Source: Harriotta raleighana (Eukaryota). From it: 64,000 bases of DNA. The notes under the pieces are model-generated. The model saw nothing but the letters and a program-made list of their open reading frames with translations. It was not told the origin of the DNA and made no database searches. Made by a program: the position numbers and the translations under genes. This document shows, piece by piece, positions 62,251 through 64,000 of this stretch (position 1 is its first letter; every line of letters begins with the position of its first letter). The stretch is from contig JBNZDD010013664.1 in NCBI GenBank assembly GCA_050575255.1, positions 3,256,016 to 3,320,015 on the forward strand, in the 5' to 3' direction.

Positions 62251-62584
62251 TGTGAATGAGAGTGAGTGTGTGCGATTGAGTGTGAGGCTGGAGACTGTGG
62301 ACCACACCAACTCCCACACTGTAACAGGGGAAAGACAGCACTGCTTCAGGAACACACTGGGAGCAGACACACACAGACACAGACACACACAGCAAAGCAA
62401 CAACTTCCCTCTCCNTCATTTCTGACCCTAATGACTGACTGCACTATCCACCCCCCCCCCCCCCCACCCCCCCCCACACACACAGGCTACTAACAGCTGG
62501 CTTTACTGCTGCTGCTGTTATTACTGTTGCTGTTCAGCTTTGTTGCCTCCCCCAAAAAGATGCTCTGAGAGAGAAAGGTACTCA

Positions 62585-63575
62585 GAGCGAGAGAGATGCA
62601 GGGAGAGAGATACACAGACATGCAGGGAGGGCGAGAGATACACAGACATGCAGGGAGGGAGATACACAGAGATGCAGGGAGAGAGATACAGAGATCCAGG
62701 AAGAGAGACACACAGAAATGTAGGGAGAGAGATACACAGACATGCAGGGAGAGAGAGATACACTGAGATGCAGGGAGAGAGGGAGATACACAGAGATGCA
62801 GGGAGAGATACACAGAGATGCAGAGAGAGAGAGAGAGAGATGCAGAGAGAGATACAGAGAGAGATATGCAGGAAAAGACAGAGAGAGAGATACAGAGAGA
62901 TGATAAACAACAACAACAAAATTACATTTCTAGAGCGTCTTTCATGTCGGGCGGACGTCCCAAGGCGCTGAGAGTTAAAGAGATAGAGATATGCAGAGAG
63001 AGAGATATGCAGAGAGAGAGAGAGAGATGCAGNAGTTAAANNNNNNNNNNNNNNNNNNNNNNNNNNNNNNNNNNNNNNNNNNNNNNNNNNNNNNNNNNNN
63101 NNNNNNNNNNNNNNNNNNNNNNNNNNNNNNNNNNNNNNNNNNNNNNNNNNNNNNNNNNNNNNNNNNNNNNNNNNNNCAGGGGTAGAGAGATATGCAGAGA
63201 GAGAGATCCAAAGAGCGAGATAGAGAGAGATAGAGAGAAAGAAATAGATAGAGAGATAGATAGAGAGAGAGATAGATAGAGAGAGTTATAGGTAGAGAGA
63301 TAGAGATAGAGAGATNGAGAGAGATCCAAAGAGCGAGATAGAGAGAGATAGAGAGAAAGAAATAGACAGAGAGATAGATAGAGAGAGAGAGATAGATAGA
63401 GAGAGTTATAGATAGAGAGATAGATAGAGATAGATAGAGAGAGATAGATAGAGATAGACAGAGAGAGATAGATAGAGATAGACAGAGAGAGATAGATAGA
63501 GAGATAGATAGAGAGAGATAGATGGAGAGAGAGATAGAGAGGTAGATAGAGAGATAGAGATAGATAGCGAGATGC
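62585..63575. repeat. minisatellite (GAGATACACAGAGATGCAGGGA-like) grading into (AGAT/AGAG)n microsatellite, with an N gap
   Basis: direct inspection. Confidence 0.9.
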
Positions 63576-64000
63576 AGAGAATGCAAAGCCAACCCTAGAA
63601 ACATGAATTTTCTGGAGCATTCAGACCCTAGCTATCCCTAGCTGCTATATATTTTATAATAATAATCCTTACATTTGATACGGTGCCTTATCACGNAGAG
63701 AGAGATAGATAGNNNNNNNNNNNNNNNNNNNNNNNNNNNNNNNNNNNNNNNNNNNNNNNNNNNNNNNNNNNNNNNNNNNNNNNNNNNNNNNNNNNNNNNN
63801 NNNNNNNNNNNNNNNNNNNNNNNNNNNNNNNNNNNNNNNNNNNNNNNNNNNNNNNNNNNNNNNNNNNNNNNNNNNNNNNNNNNNNNNNNNNNNNNNNNNN
63901 NNNNNNNNNGAGATAGAGAGGTAGATAGAGAGATAGAGATAGATAGCGAGATGCAGAGAATGCAAAGCCAACCCTAGAAACATGAATTTTCTGGAGCATT

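Noticed and set aside
63180-63575. Many AGATAG (GATA) motifs upstream of the erythroid gene MPP1
   Set aside because: Ordinary (AGAT)n microsatellite; no evidence of regulatory function.

Overview
Eukaryotic, vertebrate genomic DNA. The repeat content (Deu-domain tRNA-SINEs, L2/CR1 LINE pieces, Penelope tails) suggests a cartilaginous fish; this is an inference. Three complete multi-exon genes can be read directly with GT-AG junctions and consistent phases: TMLHE (+, 7 coding exons, 3266-10091, 422 aa), DKC1/dyskerin (+, 16 coding exons, 14149-27219, 535 aa, CpG-island promoter) and MPP1/p55 (-, 12 coding exons, 61895-30842, 483 aa), convergent with DKC1. DKC1 introns host recognisable snoRNAs: SNORD17 (intron 6), SNORA36 (intron 8), a SNORA56-like hairpin (intron 13) and an unassigned box C/D RNA (intron 11). 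The main unexplained signal is that almost every other DKC1 intron also carries a long (about 80-400 nt) fold-back whose basal stem is followed by ACA/ANANNA, usually 14-16 nt from a stem junction. This is the geometry dyskerin itself binds. One such hairpin lies inside a candidate poison exon, one overlaps a cryptic 5' splice site, and two enclose C/D snoRNAs, suggesting an array of atypical H/ACA-like elements and possible DKC1 autoregulation. All folds were found by eye and all family assignments come from recalled sequences, so they need computational confirmation. The window has assembly gaps and small gap-flanking duplications.
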